From the IMG/VR virus record IMGVR_UViG_3300024989_000227: 64,000 bases of DNA, one strand, 5' to 3'. Origin of the DNA: an uncultured virus (IMG/VR IMGVR_UViG_3300024989_000227). Taxonomy: Duplodnaviria > Heunggongvirae > Uroviricota > Caudoviricetes. Below are positions 37,166 through 45,258 of the stretch, piece after piece (the first letter of the stretch is position 1; every line of letters begins with the position of its first letter). Below the pieces are notes generated by a model that saw nothing but the letters and a program-made list of their open reading frames with translations, made no database searches and was not told the origin of the DNA. Both the position numbers and the translations under genes were made by a program.

Positions 37166-38020
37166 TCAGCCAGCCGCTCCCATCGTGTGGTCGAGGTGGT
37201 CACAAATCAACTCGATGAGCGGCACGTGCAGGCCGACACGATCGCGGGAGGCGGCAAGGCGAGCCGCTGAATAGCTCTTATCGAAGTCAAACAGTTGCAT
37301 CGCGGCCAGAAGATCATTCAGATCGGAGCGCCATGCAGGTTCGCCATCCAGCGCAGCGCAAAGCGCCTCGACGACCGGAGCGCGCACAAACCCGACATTG
37401 CCTGAGCCGGTGCGCGTGATGCAGCTCAGCGCTGCGATCAACGTGTCGCGACCATATCGCGCCAATTGCTGGCCCAGTTTGGATGCCGCAAGCGTTTCGC
37501 CGACCTTCATCTGAGATGCCGGCACCGGGTATCGACAGATCGTGACCCCGGCCGCATCGCATGCCTCCTTCAACGCCAGTGCCACCGCATCGCCGGCCGC
37601 AACGCGCGCCGCGTAGAGCTGCATCGTCGATATCGCCGTGACGTTACCGTTGATCGCGGCAAACGCATTGGCTTGGTCCGCCAGACTCGCCTGCACGATA
37701 AGGCAGGGCACGTCACGGATGCCACGGAGCGCGGCCGCAGTGGTGCGGTGCTGACCGTCGATAATGGCGAAGATTCCATCTTCCTCTTCAGCCACGACCA
37801 CTGGCGCAAACTTCGACCAGGAAAACTGCTCGGCAATCTGCAGCACATTTCTCTCGCTGGCGCGGCCCGCGATCCTGCGCTGATATCGATGATTGACACG
37901 CAGAGACGCGATCGCGATCCAGAACAGTCGCGGCTTGGCGCTGGCATCGATCGTCGACAAGACACGGTCCTTGAGCCTGTCGCGGAACGATGCACCAGAG
38001 ATCGGGGCAAGATCGCTCAT
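37166..38020 (-). CDS. ParB N-terminal (DUF6551-like) domain protein
   Basis: VNHRYQR and FAIIDGQHRTTAA motifs. Confidence 0.8.
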   Translation of the reverse strand: MSDLAPISGASFRDRLKDRVLSTIDASAKPRLFWIAIASLRVNHRYQRRIAGRASERNVLQIAEQFSWSKFAPVVVAEEEDGIFAIIDGQHRTTAAALRGIRDVPCLIVQASLADQANAFAAINGNVTAISTMQLYAARVAAGDAVALALKEACDAAGVTICRYPVPASQMKVGETLAASKLGQQLARYGRDTLIAALSCITRTGSGNVGFVRAPVVEALCAALDGEPAWRSDLNDLLAAMQLFDFDKSYSAARLAASRDRVGLHVPLIELICDHLDHTMGAAG

Positions 38021-38781
38021 GACGCCCCCAATAGATTTCCAAGTTTCGAAGACCCGGGGCTTTCACGGCGTTGGTTGACCGGTACGACCGGGTCAGTCCC
38101 GGCCGCGAACGCGTGTCGGCCGCGTAACGCAGCGCAGACCGCGCGGCGAACCTCCGCTCCCGTCATTGCATCCTCGCATGATTTGACCAGATCGAAATGC
38201 GTAGGGCGTTTCGCTATCGCGACCCGGTGCCTTGAAGCTATGTCCAGAAGTTCGGCGACATGACACATGTGAAGGAGGCGATGGGACCAAGGCGTGCCTG
38301 GTCGAGACCAGCCTCTCTCTGCTTCGTCTACCCTGTGTGTCGCGGCATCGACGGTCCAGATCTCGATCGGGTGGTTAATACTCGCAATCACCTTCTGCGC
38401 TTCTGTGCGTTGCGGGAAATAGCTCGTGCCGAGCCCAATCTTTTGCTCTAACATCGGCAGCGTTCTATTCCACACCGGAGCGAGGGCTGCGATTAGCCTG
38501 CTCGAGACGGGCGCAAATTCACGAAGTTGCTTTTCGAGCCGGTATATGACGTCGCGGCTTGACTTGATTTCGACCGCAACAATCTCCGTTTCAGTCACGG
38601 CAGCCAGGTCGATCCGATTGCTCGAATATCGCAACGGCAATTCGTGAATGATACGTGCACCGGGATACTGCCTGCGAAGCTCCGGGACGACGAGTGCACG
38701 CATTTCAATCTCTTCGGCTGATCGATTGACGGTCTTAACGTGTCTGCCCTGGAGCGCAGATGATGGAGAGGGCCCGCTCAT
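38017..38781 (-). CDS. PD-(D/E)XK nuclease-like protein (MmcB/sce7726-like)
   Basis: IHEL..RIDLAAV...VEIKSSRD..RL..Q motif. Confidence 0.7.
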   Translation of the reverse strand: MSGPSPSSALQGRHVKTVNRSAEEIEMRALVVPELRRQYPGARIIHELPLRYSSNRIDLAAVTETEIVAVEIKSSRDVIYRLEKQLREFAPVSSRLIAALAPVWNRTLPMLEQKIGLGTSYFPQRTEAQKVIASINHPIEIWTVDAATHRVDEAERGWSRPGTPWSHRLLHMCHVAELLDIASRHRVAIAKRPTHFDLVKSCEDAMTGAEVRRAVCAALRGRHAFAAGTDPVVPVNQRRESPGSSKLGNLLGAS

Positions 38782-39104
38782 GCGGGCACCACGGTGAGTT
38801 TCGGAAAAGTGGCTGGTCGACGCGCAACCATCTCGCGTACTTCGTCTTCGTAAGGGATAAGAGCCTTGATGATTTCGAAGGCCTGCCCAATCATCGCGGC
38901 ATGGTATTCCTTGTCGGCGATGACACGCGAGGGGATCGGTGAGCGTATGCCAAGCCGCGCAGACAGCTTCTCCAGGCGCCCGGCCTCATCGCAGGAGATC
39001 ATCGAGTGCACGGCCACGGAGAAGGCGACATCCGTGAGACTGGCCTGTGCGAGGTGAAGTTCGACTGCGATATCCGCGAGACTGACTATCGGGATGTTAC
39101 CCAT
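38778..39104 (-). CDS. Hypothetical protein
   Basis: ATG 39104 with GGGGAG RBS; overlaps both neighbours. Confidence 0.55.
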   Translation of the reverse strand: MGNIPIVSLADIAVELHLAQASLTDVAFSVAVHSMISCDEAGRLEKLSARLGIRSPIPSRVIADKEYHAAMIGQAFEIIKALIPYEDEVREMVARRPATFPKLTVVPA

Positions 39105-39666
39105 TCTGGTGCTCCCCTTGCCCGAAGAGTTGGAAATTTGAGATCGATGCGGACCGCGCGCCAAAGTTGGCGCAGGCCCAATCGTGGATCGCCAAAGCAT
39201 CGGCCCTGTTATCGTCGTGACAGTCCGCCGGCATGAGACGTAGCGCGTGACACCGCGCTACGACGGCGCGTTTCGTTTCCTCGCGCGACCCAGTCCGGCC
39301 TCGGCCGATGAAGTGCTTGCGCGCCGTAGAGTCGGTCACGTCCGACCATGTGACGCCGTAGCGGACGCAGAGCCCCTCGACGATGCCGTGGTAGGCGCCG
39401 TGCGCGCGGACGGTCTTCTCGGCATTGCCAATCGAACGGAATGCCTCAAGTGCCAGCATCTTTTCCTTGATCAAAAGGACATGCCGGTGTGTCTCGAACT
39501 CGCCGCAGAGGAAGGCTATCAGGTTGGCGTATGCGACGTCGATCGTCTCATTCGGTCGTTTCAGCCGCACCGTGCCGGACTGTGGCGCGTCACCGGGTTT
39601 ACCCCGGGCGAAGCCCGAGGCCACGCCAAGGTCGAGCGTGAATATTGATCCGGTGACGCGCCCCAT
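39097..39666 (-). CDS. RuvC-like Holliday junction resolvase
   Basis: TLDLG..SGFA, IKE, RKHFIGRG and DNRADALAI motifs. Confidence 0.8.
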   Translation of the reverse strand: MGRVTGSIFTLDLGVASGFARGKPGDAPQSGTVRLKRPNETIDVAYANLIAFLCGEFETHRHVLLIKEKMLALEAFRSIGNAEKTVRAHGAYHGIVEGLCVRYGVTWSDVTDSTARKHFIGRGRTGSREETKRAVVARCHALRLMPADCHDDNRADALAIHDWACANFGARSASISNFQLFGQGEHQNG

Positions 39667-39670
39667 ATCG

Positions 39671-40321
39671 TTACTGCATCTCGAAGGAGGGACGCGCCGA
39701 CCCGAGCATTGCCGCTTTCTTGATCTCGGCGTTCACTTCGTCGTGCTGCCGCTGGAGGTGTTCGCGAAAGGGTTTGTTCGGATCATTTGGCACAGAGCCT
39801 TTCGGCGTATCGTCCAGCTTTTTGATGCCCCTTGCGTTGGCCTCCTGGCCCGCCATGTATCCCTCGTTGTGCGCGCGATGCGCTTCCGTGGTGTGGTGAT
39901 GCGGGTTTTTGTTTGTCTCGCCGGCGAGGCCTTGACGCTTGCCTTCGTTGAACGCGCGCTCGGTTATCGGCGTGCGATCCGTGGCCGGGAAAAGATCGGC
40001 CTGCGAGCCGATCGGCACGCCCATCCAGCGCAGCACCTGCATGTCGCGTTCAATCCGGGCCTTGATCGCTGTTTCACCTTCAGGCGTCGCTCCCTCGATC
40101 AAAGCCTGGATCTGGTTGAGGCCATGTTTGCCGAGGTCCGCCTTGACGATCTTGCCAAACTGCTGGAGATCGCTGGTAGCCTTTTTCTTCGCGGCCAGAA
40201 GTATCTCGTACTTCTGCCGATGCTGCTCGGTCAGCGAATAGACCTGATCGTCGGTTAGATCTTCGAGCGTTTGCTTCGGCGCCGATGACGCGGCGCCGTC
40301 TTTCTTCGGCTTTCTACCCAT
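39671..40321 (-). CDS. Hypothetical protein; possible GapR-like N-terminus and RMF-like C-terminal motif
   Basis: Helical N-terminus ending QADLF; AFNEGKRQGLAG..NP..HNEGYMAGQ; ATG 40321. Confidence 0.6.
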   Translation of the reverse strand: MGRKPKKDGAASSAPKQTLEDLTDDQVYSLTEQHRQKYEILLAAKKKATSDLQQFGKIVKADLGKHGLNQIQALIEGATPEGETAIKARIERDMQVLRWMGVPIGSQADLFPATDRTPITERAFNEGKRQGLAGETNKNPHHHTTEAHRAHNEGYMAGQEANARGIKKLDDTPKGSVPNDPNKPFREHLQRQHDEVNAEIKKAAMLGSARPSFEMQ

Positions 40322-40892
40322 GATGGGCTCCTTTGGTTGCGGACTTGATGCCAGCGGCGAACAGCGCCGAGCCCATGAACCGCCGCTGGTTGACGGTCTC
40401 ACCTTGGGCCTTGCGGGTGTGGAAGGGGCAGTACGGCCGCTTGCCGTTCATGTCCGCACCGTCGGCGCCGCAGAAGTAGAAGTGGTCGGAATTGGGATGA
40501 CCGAAAGGCCAACGGCAATTGCCGTTCTCAAGTTCAATCAGCTGCATCCCGGCGCCGACGGCTGGCTCCTCGAGATGTTCTGGAATCCCTGGCTCGGTCG
40601 CCATGATGGCGAGCTTTCCCCCGAGGCTGTTTGACTGGTTCCGCCGCGGGAGTGGATCGGGGCGTTTTTTCAGTGCCGCGGGGCGGTTTGTCGGCGGATT
40701 GAATTTACTCTCGGCACGCTGCGCGATGTTAACGACGCGGCGCGCCGGCAACTTGATCCTGGATGCCTTGCCTATCACCGCGCTGCGCGTGATGCCGCCC
40801 CCCAGATCCACGGCAATCTGAGCCGCGCTCAACGAAGTTGACCACAGGGTTTTCAGGCGCGAGACCTGTGTCTCGGTCCAACCATCAGACAT
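40314..40892 (-). CDS. gcrA: GcrA family cell-cycle regulator
   Basis: WTETQVSRLKTLW...SAAQIA..LGGGITRSAVIGKASR; LIEL...CRWPFGHP..FYFCG...PYCPFH. Confidence 0.9.
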   Translation of the reverse strand: MSDGWTETQVSRLKTLWSTSLSAAQIAVDLGGGITRSAVIGKASRIKLPARRVVNIAQRAESKFNPPTNRPAALKKRPDPLPRRNQSNSLGGKLAIMATEPGIPEHLEEPAVGAGMQLIELENGNCRWPFGHPNSDHFYFCGADGADMNGKRPYCPFHTRKAQGETVNQRRFMGSALFAAGIKSATKGAHHG

Positions 40893-41079
40893 CAATTTCA
40901 TCCTTGTGCGATTTTCGAATTTCGGCGAGCCGCTTGCCGGACACGATCGCCTGCGCCACGTCGTTCCAGAACGACGCGCAATAGGTGTGCGCACCCGCAA
41001 CGGCGAGGCAGATCTTGATAAGGAATCGCTTCAACGGGATTGCCCCTCCCGAAACCGCAGAAGCCCTGCGGCGCGGCAA
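40885..41079 (-). CDS. Hypothetical small protein
   Basis: Fills the gap between the CII-like gene and gcrA, overlapping the gcrA start. Confidence 0.4.
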   Translation of the reverse strand: MPRRRASAVSGGAIPLKRFLIKICLAVAGAHTYCASFWNDVAQAIVSGKRLAEIRKSHKDEIDV

Positions 41080-41088
41080 TCGTGTTAC

Positions 41089-41496
41089 TTACTGGTCGAG
41101 AAGATCGAGCTGCGCGCGGGTTGCCGCGATGCGCTCCTGTTCTTTCTTGATGGCCTTGCGCGACTTCCGGACCGATTGCGCCGACTTGGTGACGACCCAC
41201 CACTCGACCTTCGAATCCCCCATGACGGCTTCGAGGATCTCGTAACCGGCGTCGGTTCGGAGAAGAGCCGTCACAGCCTCGAAGGACATGCGCGTCTGGC
41301 CTGCAAGCCAGAACCGTACAGTCCGCTCTTCGACGCCGGCAAAGTGAGCAACGTGGGATGCCGTTTTACGCGGCCAGACCGCGTTGATGACGCTGACTAT
41401 TTTGTCCAAAGTGGTGAAAGACGTTTCCTTTTTAGGGAAAGACTTTTCACCGCCTAGTTTTGCTTTTTTGGCTGTCGTGATGCTGACTACGGTCAT
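41089..41496 (-). CDS. CII-like transcriptional regulator
   Basis: HTH-like ASHVAHFAGVEERTVRFWLAG; position downstream of cro. Confidence 0.6.
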   Translation of the reverse strand: MTVVSITTAKKAKLGGEKSFPKKETSFTTLDKIVSVINAVWPRKTASHVAHFAGVEERTVRFWLAGQTRMSFEAVTALLRTDAGYEILEAVMGDSKVEWWVVTKSAQSVRKSRKAIKKEQERIAATRAQLDLLDQ

Positions 41497-41749
41497 GATG
41501 AAAGCAGCCCCCTACGCCTTGCTAACAGAACGGAGCGAGACAGACACCACAGCCCTGACAGGCGCGCGCATGCTCGTGATGGAAAAGTGCTTTGATGCAC
41601 TGGTCGAGGAGATGATCGCGGACGGAGCCGTGCCGGTGAATGCCGCGGTCAGCATGCTCGATTTCCTCGCCGAGAGATTTGCGAGACGCGCTTGGCGGCA
41701 CGAGATGCTCGACGAGGGAGCAGACGGAAAGTGGCCGACAGGGGCACCA

Positions 41750-41977
41750 TTACGATGACCCTTCGATGGCGTAGAAATCGTTGGGCTCAACCTTGCCGGC
41801 GGAGATCGTGTGAAGACCCCGCATTTCATCGGGGCGCGGGATGCGTTCGTTGTATTTCCATTTTTTCACCGCCGAGGCGGAAATGGATTTGTCCTCTGCG
41901 CCTGGCAGCGCGTTCAGCCGATCGGCGACCTGCTGGTCGTCGACCTTCTCATTCTTCATCCAGACTATGAGCTTCAT
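41750..41977 (-). CDS. cro: Cro-like repressor
   Basis: 75-aa HTH (SASAVKKWKYNERIPR...GKVEPNDF); divergent from cI. Confidence 0.8.
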   Translation of the reverse strand: MKLIVWMKNEKVDDQQVADRLNALPGAEDKSISASAVKKWKYNERIPRPDEMRGLHTISAGKVEPNDFYAIEGSS

Positions 41978-41983
41978 GCCAGT

Positions 41984-42079
41984 ATCTTTCCCGATTTGGG
42001 GAAGATCGTCAAACGAAATCGCCCCGAAATGGGAAACGACAAGTCAGAAAACGTCCCGCACTGTCCCCAACATGGGAAA
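41984..42079. promoter_or_regulatory. OR region: cro promoter and three 17-bp operators
   Basis: TTTCCCGATTTGGGGAA (41987), CGCCCCGAAATGGGAAA (42020), GTCCCCAACATGGGAAA (42063); minus-strand TTGACG-17-AAAGAT. Confidence 0.75.
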
Positions 42080-42812
42080 TAATTTGAAAAAGTTGCGGGA
42101 ACTCAAAGGGTGGACGCACGAGGTCGCGGCCGAAGCGATGGGGATTTCGCGCGGCGGGTTCATTAAGTTGGAGCGCGGTGAGCGCAAACTGGATGAGGAT
42201 TCGATTCGGGTCGCCGCGGATGCGTTCGGGGTTACTCGCGAGGTCGTCCTGGCTGAGCAGACTCCGATTCGCGTCATGGGGCGCATTGGCGCGGGCGGGA
42301 CGATCGAGCCAGATTTCGAGCAGGTCCCGCCAGATGGTCTTTACACGATCGACCTGCCTTTTGCCGTGCCCGATGGGATTGTCGGCTTTGAGATCGACGG
42401 CATCAGCATGCTGCCTGTGTACCGGCCGCGCGATGTCATCCTGGTTTGGGAAGAGCAGAAGCGTCCTACGTATGACTTCATCGGCGAAGAGGCCGCGGTG
42501 CTGACAGATCGTGGGATGCGAGCTCTGAAGGAAGTCCAGCGCGGCCGCTCTCAGAACTTATACAATCTCCATTCCCACAATGCTCAATTGATCGAGGATG
42601 TCCGAATTAGCTGGGTTGGCGAGATCTACATCGTTGTGAAGGCGAAGCAGATTGCGAGTGCACACCGGTCCAATGCTGTTGCGGCGCAGAGACAGGCGGA
42701 ACGCCGAGCCCGGGAAACCGAGGGGATGGATGAACTGGCCCTTACGGCTCCCGTTTCGGCCAAGCCACCGCAGGCCTCCTCGCGGAAGCGGAAAGTCGTG
42801 AAGCGCAAATGA
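42072..42812 (+). CDS. cI: CI-like repressor (XRE HTH plus S24 peptidase)
   Basis: LKKLRELKGWT...ISRGGFIKLERG HTH; IGAGG cleavage site; GISMLP catalytic Ser; start moved to ATG 42072. Confidence 0.9.
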   Translation: MGNNLKKLRELKGWTHEVAAEAMGISRGGFIKLERGERKLDEDSIRVAADAFGVTREVVLAEQTPIRVMGRIGAGGTIEPDFEQVPPDGLYTIDLPFAVPDGIVGFEIDGISMLPVYRPRDVILVWEEQKRPTYDFIGEEAAVLTDRGMRALKEVQRGRSQNLYNLHSHNAQLIEDVRISWVGEIYIVVKAKQIASAHRSNAVAAQRQAERRARETEGMDELALTAPVSAKPPQASSRKRKVVKRK

Positions 42813-43354
42813 TCCGTGAGCGGTGGAGATCGCTATTTGTCAGCGCGGCTCTCGCAGGTGCTTTTGCGATTGCGCCCGCCTTTGCCAGCGACGGCTATGT
42901 CCAGAAATGGGAGAAAATCTCGGACATGCTGTTTCTGGACTTGAACTCGATCGCACACACGGCGAGCGGCGGCGTCTACGCCAACGCTTATTTCGGGCCC
43001 GTAGGCACATCATACGTCGAGAATTTCCAGCACCTCTTGTTCGACTGTCGGGGCAGCTACAAAAGCGCCGCTTCTTTTGGTTCGCCGGTGCTGCCGGCCG
43101 TGCCAGGCACCGCGATCGGTGAGTTTGCGGCGGTAGCCTGCTCTTCGCCGGACGGGTCAGCGGCCCGGCCCGCGCATGCGATCGCCCAACCGCCCTATTG
43201 CAAGGGGTTTGGAGGTGACGACTGTCGTTACATTCGAGAATTCGTCGAAAACGACATCGAGCCTGACTGGTGTGAAGGAGGGCTGACGCGGCAGCTATCG
43301 GCAAAAGAACTGCGTATTTGCTTGGCCATGGGCATCGACAGGAATGCTCATTGA
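42809..43354 (+). CDS. Exported Cys-rich protein coupled to cI
   Basis: Signal peptide ending APAFA; 6 Cys; ATGA overlap with the cI stop. Confidence 0.7.
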   Translation: MIRERWRSLFVSAALAGAFAIAPAFASDGYVQKWEKISDMLFLDLNSIAHTASGGVYANAYFGPVGTSYVENFQHLLFDCRGSYKSAASFGSPVLPAVPGTAIGEFAAVACSSPDGSAARPAHAIAQPPYCKGFGGDDCRYIREFVENDIEPDWCEGGLTRQLSAKELRICLAMGIDRNAH

Positions 43355-43493
43355 CGGTCGGGTCGTTTGACCCGAATCAGTCCGGAGTGAATGTGGCGAG
43401 GACCGTCGAAAAATTCGAAATCTGAGTCTCCATCGCGCCCTTCAAGGGCGCGCGGCGGGAGACACGTTGCATAAAATTTGGCTCACATATTTG

Positions 43494-43533
43494 GTGACAA
43501 CCGTGACATGTCACCAGGTGTCACGCATGTCAC
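43494..43533. repeat. GTGACA/TGTCAC box cluster C (5 copies) next to an AT-rich tract
   Basis: Exact hexamers at 43494, 43503, 43509, 43519, 43528; ATATAGATTATAA at 43561. Confidence 0.85.
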
Positions 43534-43681
43534 AAAGCCCGTGGCACGGTACTTGCTCCTATATAGATTATAACTACTGAATCTCCTCTTGTAGGAGCGG
43601 TGCATTGAAGCACCGCTCCACAAAAATACTATCGGGGGAAACGTCCGCGCGCGCGACCCTTCGGACCTGAAACTGAAAAAC

Positions 43682-43725
43682 TTCCCCGAAACGGGGTTGA
43701 CAATCTTTCCCATATCGGGGAAGCT
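43682..43725 (+). promoter_or_regulatory. OL region: early promoter with two 17-bp operators
   Basis: TTCCCCGAAACGGGGTT (43682), TTGACA (43697), TTTCCCATATCGGGGAA (43706). Confidence 0.78.
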
Positions 43726-43749
43726 CTCCCTATGACCTGGGAGGGTTTC

Positions 43750-43923
43750 ATGCAGTCCAGTTTTTCCAGACCACTTTCCACCCTGTTCAACGATCCGTTT
43801 TTGCGGGCCGCGTTTGAGCGCGCCGAGCGAGATCAGGGCGACGCCGCCGCAGCGGCAGTCTGTCCCCGTCCGACTCTGGATGGTGGCGACCGCGTTGCGG
43901 TTCTTGAAGCGGAGTTGGTCTGA
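43750..43923 (+). CDS. Hypothetical small protein, first gene of the early operon
   Basis: GGAGGG RBS before ATG 43750. Confidence 0.55.
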   Translation: MQSSFSRPLSTLFNDPFLRAAFERAERDQGDAAAAAVCPRPTLDGGDRVAVLEAELV

Positions 43924-44051
43924 TGCGCCGGCTCAGCAAAACACCCGTCGAACTGGCGGTACCCGCCATCGTCACCATCGCCGAAGCCTGTTCGGTCCTG
44001 CTGTTCATCGCAATGATCGCGGTCTGGTGCATCGTCGGGGGGCGCGTTTGA
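43923..44051 (+). CDS. Small membrane protein (42 aa; absent from the ORF track)
   Basis: MRRLSKTPVELAVPAIVTIAEACSVLLFIAMIAVWCIVGGRV; TGATG overlaps at both ends. Confidence 0.55.
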   Translation: MRRLSKTPVELAVPAIVTIAEACSVLLFIAMIAVWCIVGGRV

Positions 44052-44350
44052 TGGCCGCGACCGCGCTCCGCAACATCGACGTCGAGCCCGCTACGCTTAG
44101 CGCGTGGTTTGAGGCGGAGCTCGCCGCGAAACTTGCAGCTCTTCCCAGTGATCAGATCCGGTACCGCTGCCTGATTCAGCAGGGCAACGTCTGGAGCGGG
44201 TTTTACGCAGCCTTTGCCGAAACCGGCGCACAGCCGTTCGGTTGTCCGCACCCACGTTACGGCGCGATGGACGCGCTCGACTTTGCCAACGTCCTTGCAT
44301 CGATCGAAACCGCAAAGTCCCGGCTCGAACATCATCAGGAGATTGCATGA
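44051..44350 (+). CDS. Hypothetical protein
   Basis: ATG 44051 coupled to the upstream stop. Confidence 0.55.
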   Translation: MAATALRNIDVEPATLSAWFEAELAAKLAALPSDQIRYRCLIQQGNVWSGFYAAFAETGAQPFGCPHPRYGAMDALDFANVLASIETAKSRLEHHQEIA

Positions 44351-44613
44351 TGTCGAGCCAAAGCACAGCAGTACCGGCGCGCGAACAGCAGTTGGTCGCA
44401 CGCATCAAGCGCAGCAGCAAATATTTCGGTCAGACGGCGCCGAACGAATGGTTTGACGTCGAAGTCGCTGAGAACACCTATTACCAGATCAGTGGAAACA
44501 ACAATAACTACGACGTGGTCGACGTCGTGCTTGGCATGCGCCTCTCAACCGGCGCGGTGCTCGACTTCGGCAGTGGCAAGAAGGTCGCCGCAGCGAAAGG
44601 CGGTGCGACATGA
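44347..44613 (+). CDS. Hypothetical protein
   Basis: AGGAG RBS; ATGA overlap. Confidence 0.6.
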   Translation: MMSSQSTAVPAREQQLVARIKRSSKYFGQTAPNEWFDVEVAENTYYQISGNNNNYDVVDVVLGMRLSTGAVLDFGSGKKVAAAKGGAT

Positions 44614-44810
44614 AGGCCATCGCGTCACTTCTCATCGGCCTAACAATCTTCGCGGCGCTGGTCTGCGTCATCGTCTCGGTCGACCCGATCTACTTTCTGT
44701 TTCTGGCGATGATCGTCTCGGCGCCGCTTGTCCTGTTCTGCATCTATCTGCTTGGCGATGCTGTGAGGCGCAGGATTGCGGTTCGTTGCTGCAGATGGTG
44801 GCACCGATGA
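44610..44810 (+). CDS. Small two-TM membrane protein
   Basis: Hydrophobic 66 aa; ATGA overlaps. Confidence 0.55.
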   Translation: MKAIASLLIGLTIFAALVCVIVSVDPIYFLFLAMIVSAPLVLFCIYLLGDAVRRRIAVRCCRWWHR

Positions 44811-45028
44811 GCAAACCTCTCGTCGATATCATTGAAGGCGATATCCAGATCATCGGCACAATGTCCGGCGATCATGCCGCGATCCTGTCGGCTGCAAGCC
44901 TGACTACGTCCTACCTCGACCTCTCTTTCGAACTCGGCATTCCGCTCGGTACCGTGAAAAGTCGGCTGCATCGCGCTCGCCGCAAGCTGGCGGAGCTACG
45001 TGCCAGCGAACAATCGGAGGCTTCATGA
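44807..45028 (+). CDS. Stand-alone sigma-70 region 4.2-like HTH protein
   Basis: SYLDLSFELGIPLGTVKSRLHRARRKL; ATG 44807. Confidence 0.75.
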   Translation: MSKPLVDIIEGDIQIIGTMSGDHAAILSAASLTTSYLDLSFELGIPLGTVKSRLHRARRKLAELRASEQSEAS

Positions 45029-45258
45029 GTCAGATTATGGCCTTCGCGCTCGAGCATCAGTTTTTTGCGGGTCTCATTACCGGTGCGATCTGCCTTGGCT
45101 CCTATATCGGCGCGATCGGCTGGAGCTGTGGCTACGCCACGGCGATGCGTCGCTCATCGTTGTGGATGCAGCCGCAAAACGACGAGGCCCACGGTGATGT
45201 ACCGAACCTGCCGCCGATGCGCGAGCGCCGCTACATCCCGACGACGGGGAGGTCGTGA
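45025..45258 (+). CDS. Small membrane protein
   Basis: GGAGG RBS; one TM. Confidence 0.55.
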   Translation: MSQIMAFALEHQFFAGLITGAICLGSYIGAIGWSCGYATAMRRSSLWMQPQNDEAHGDVPNLPPMRERRYIPTTGRS

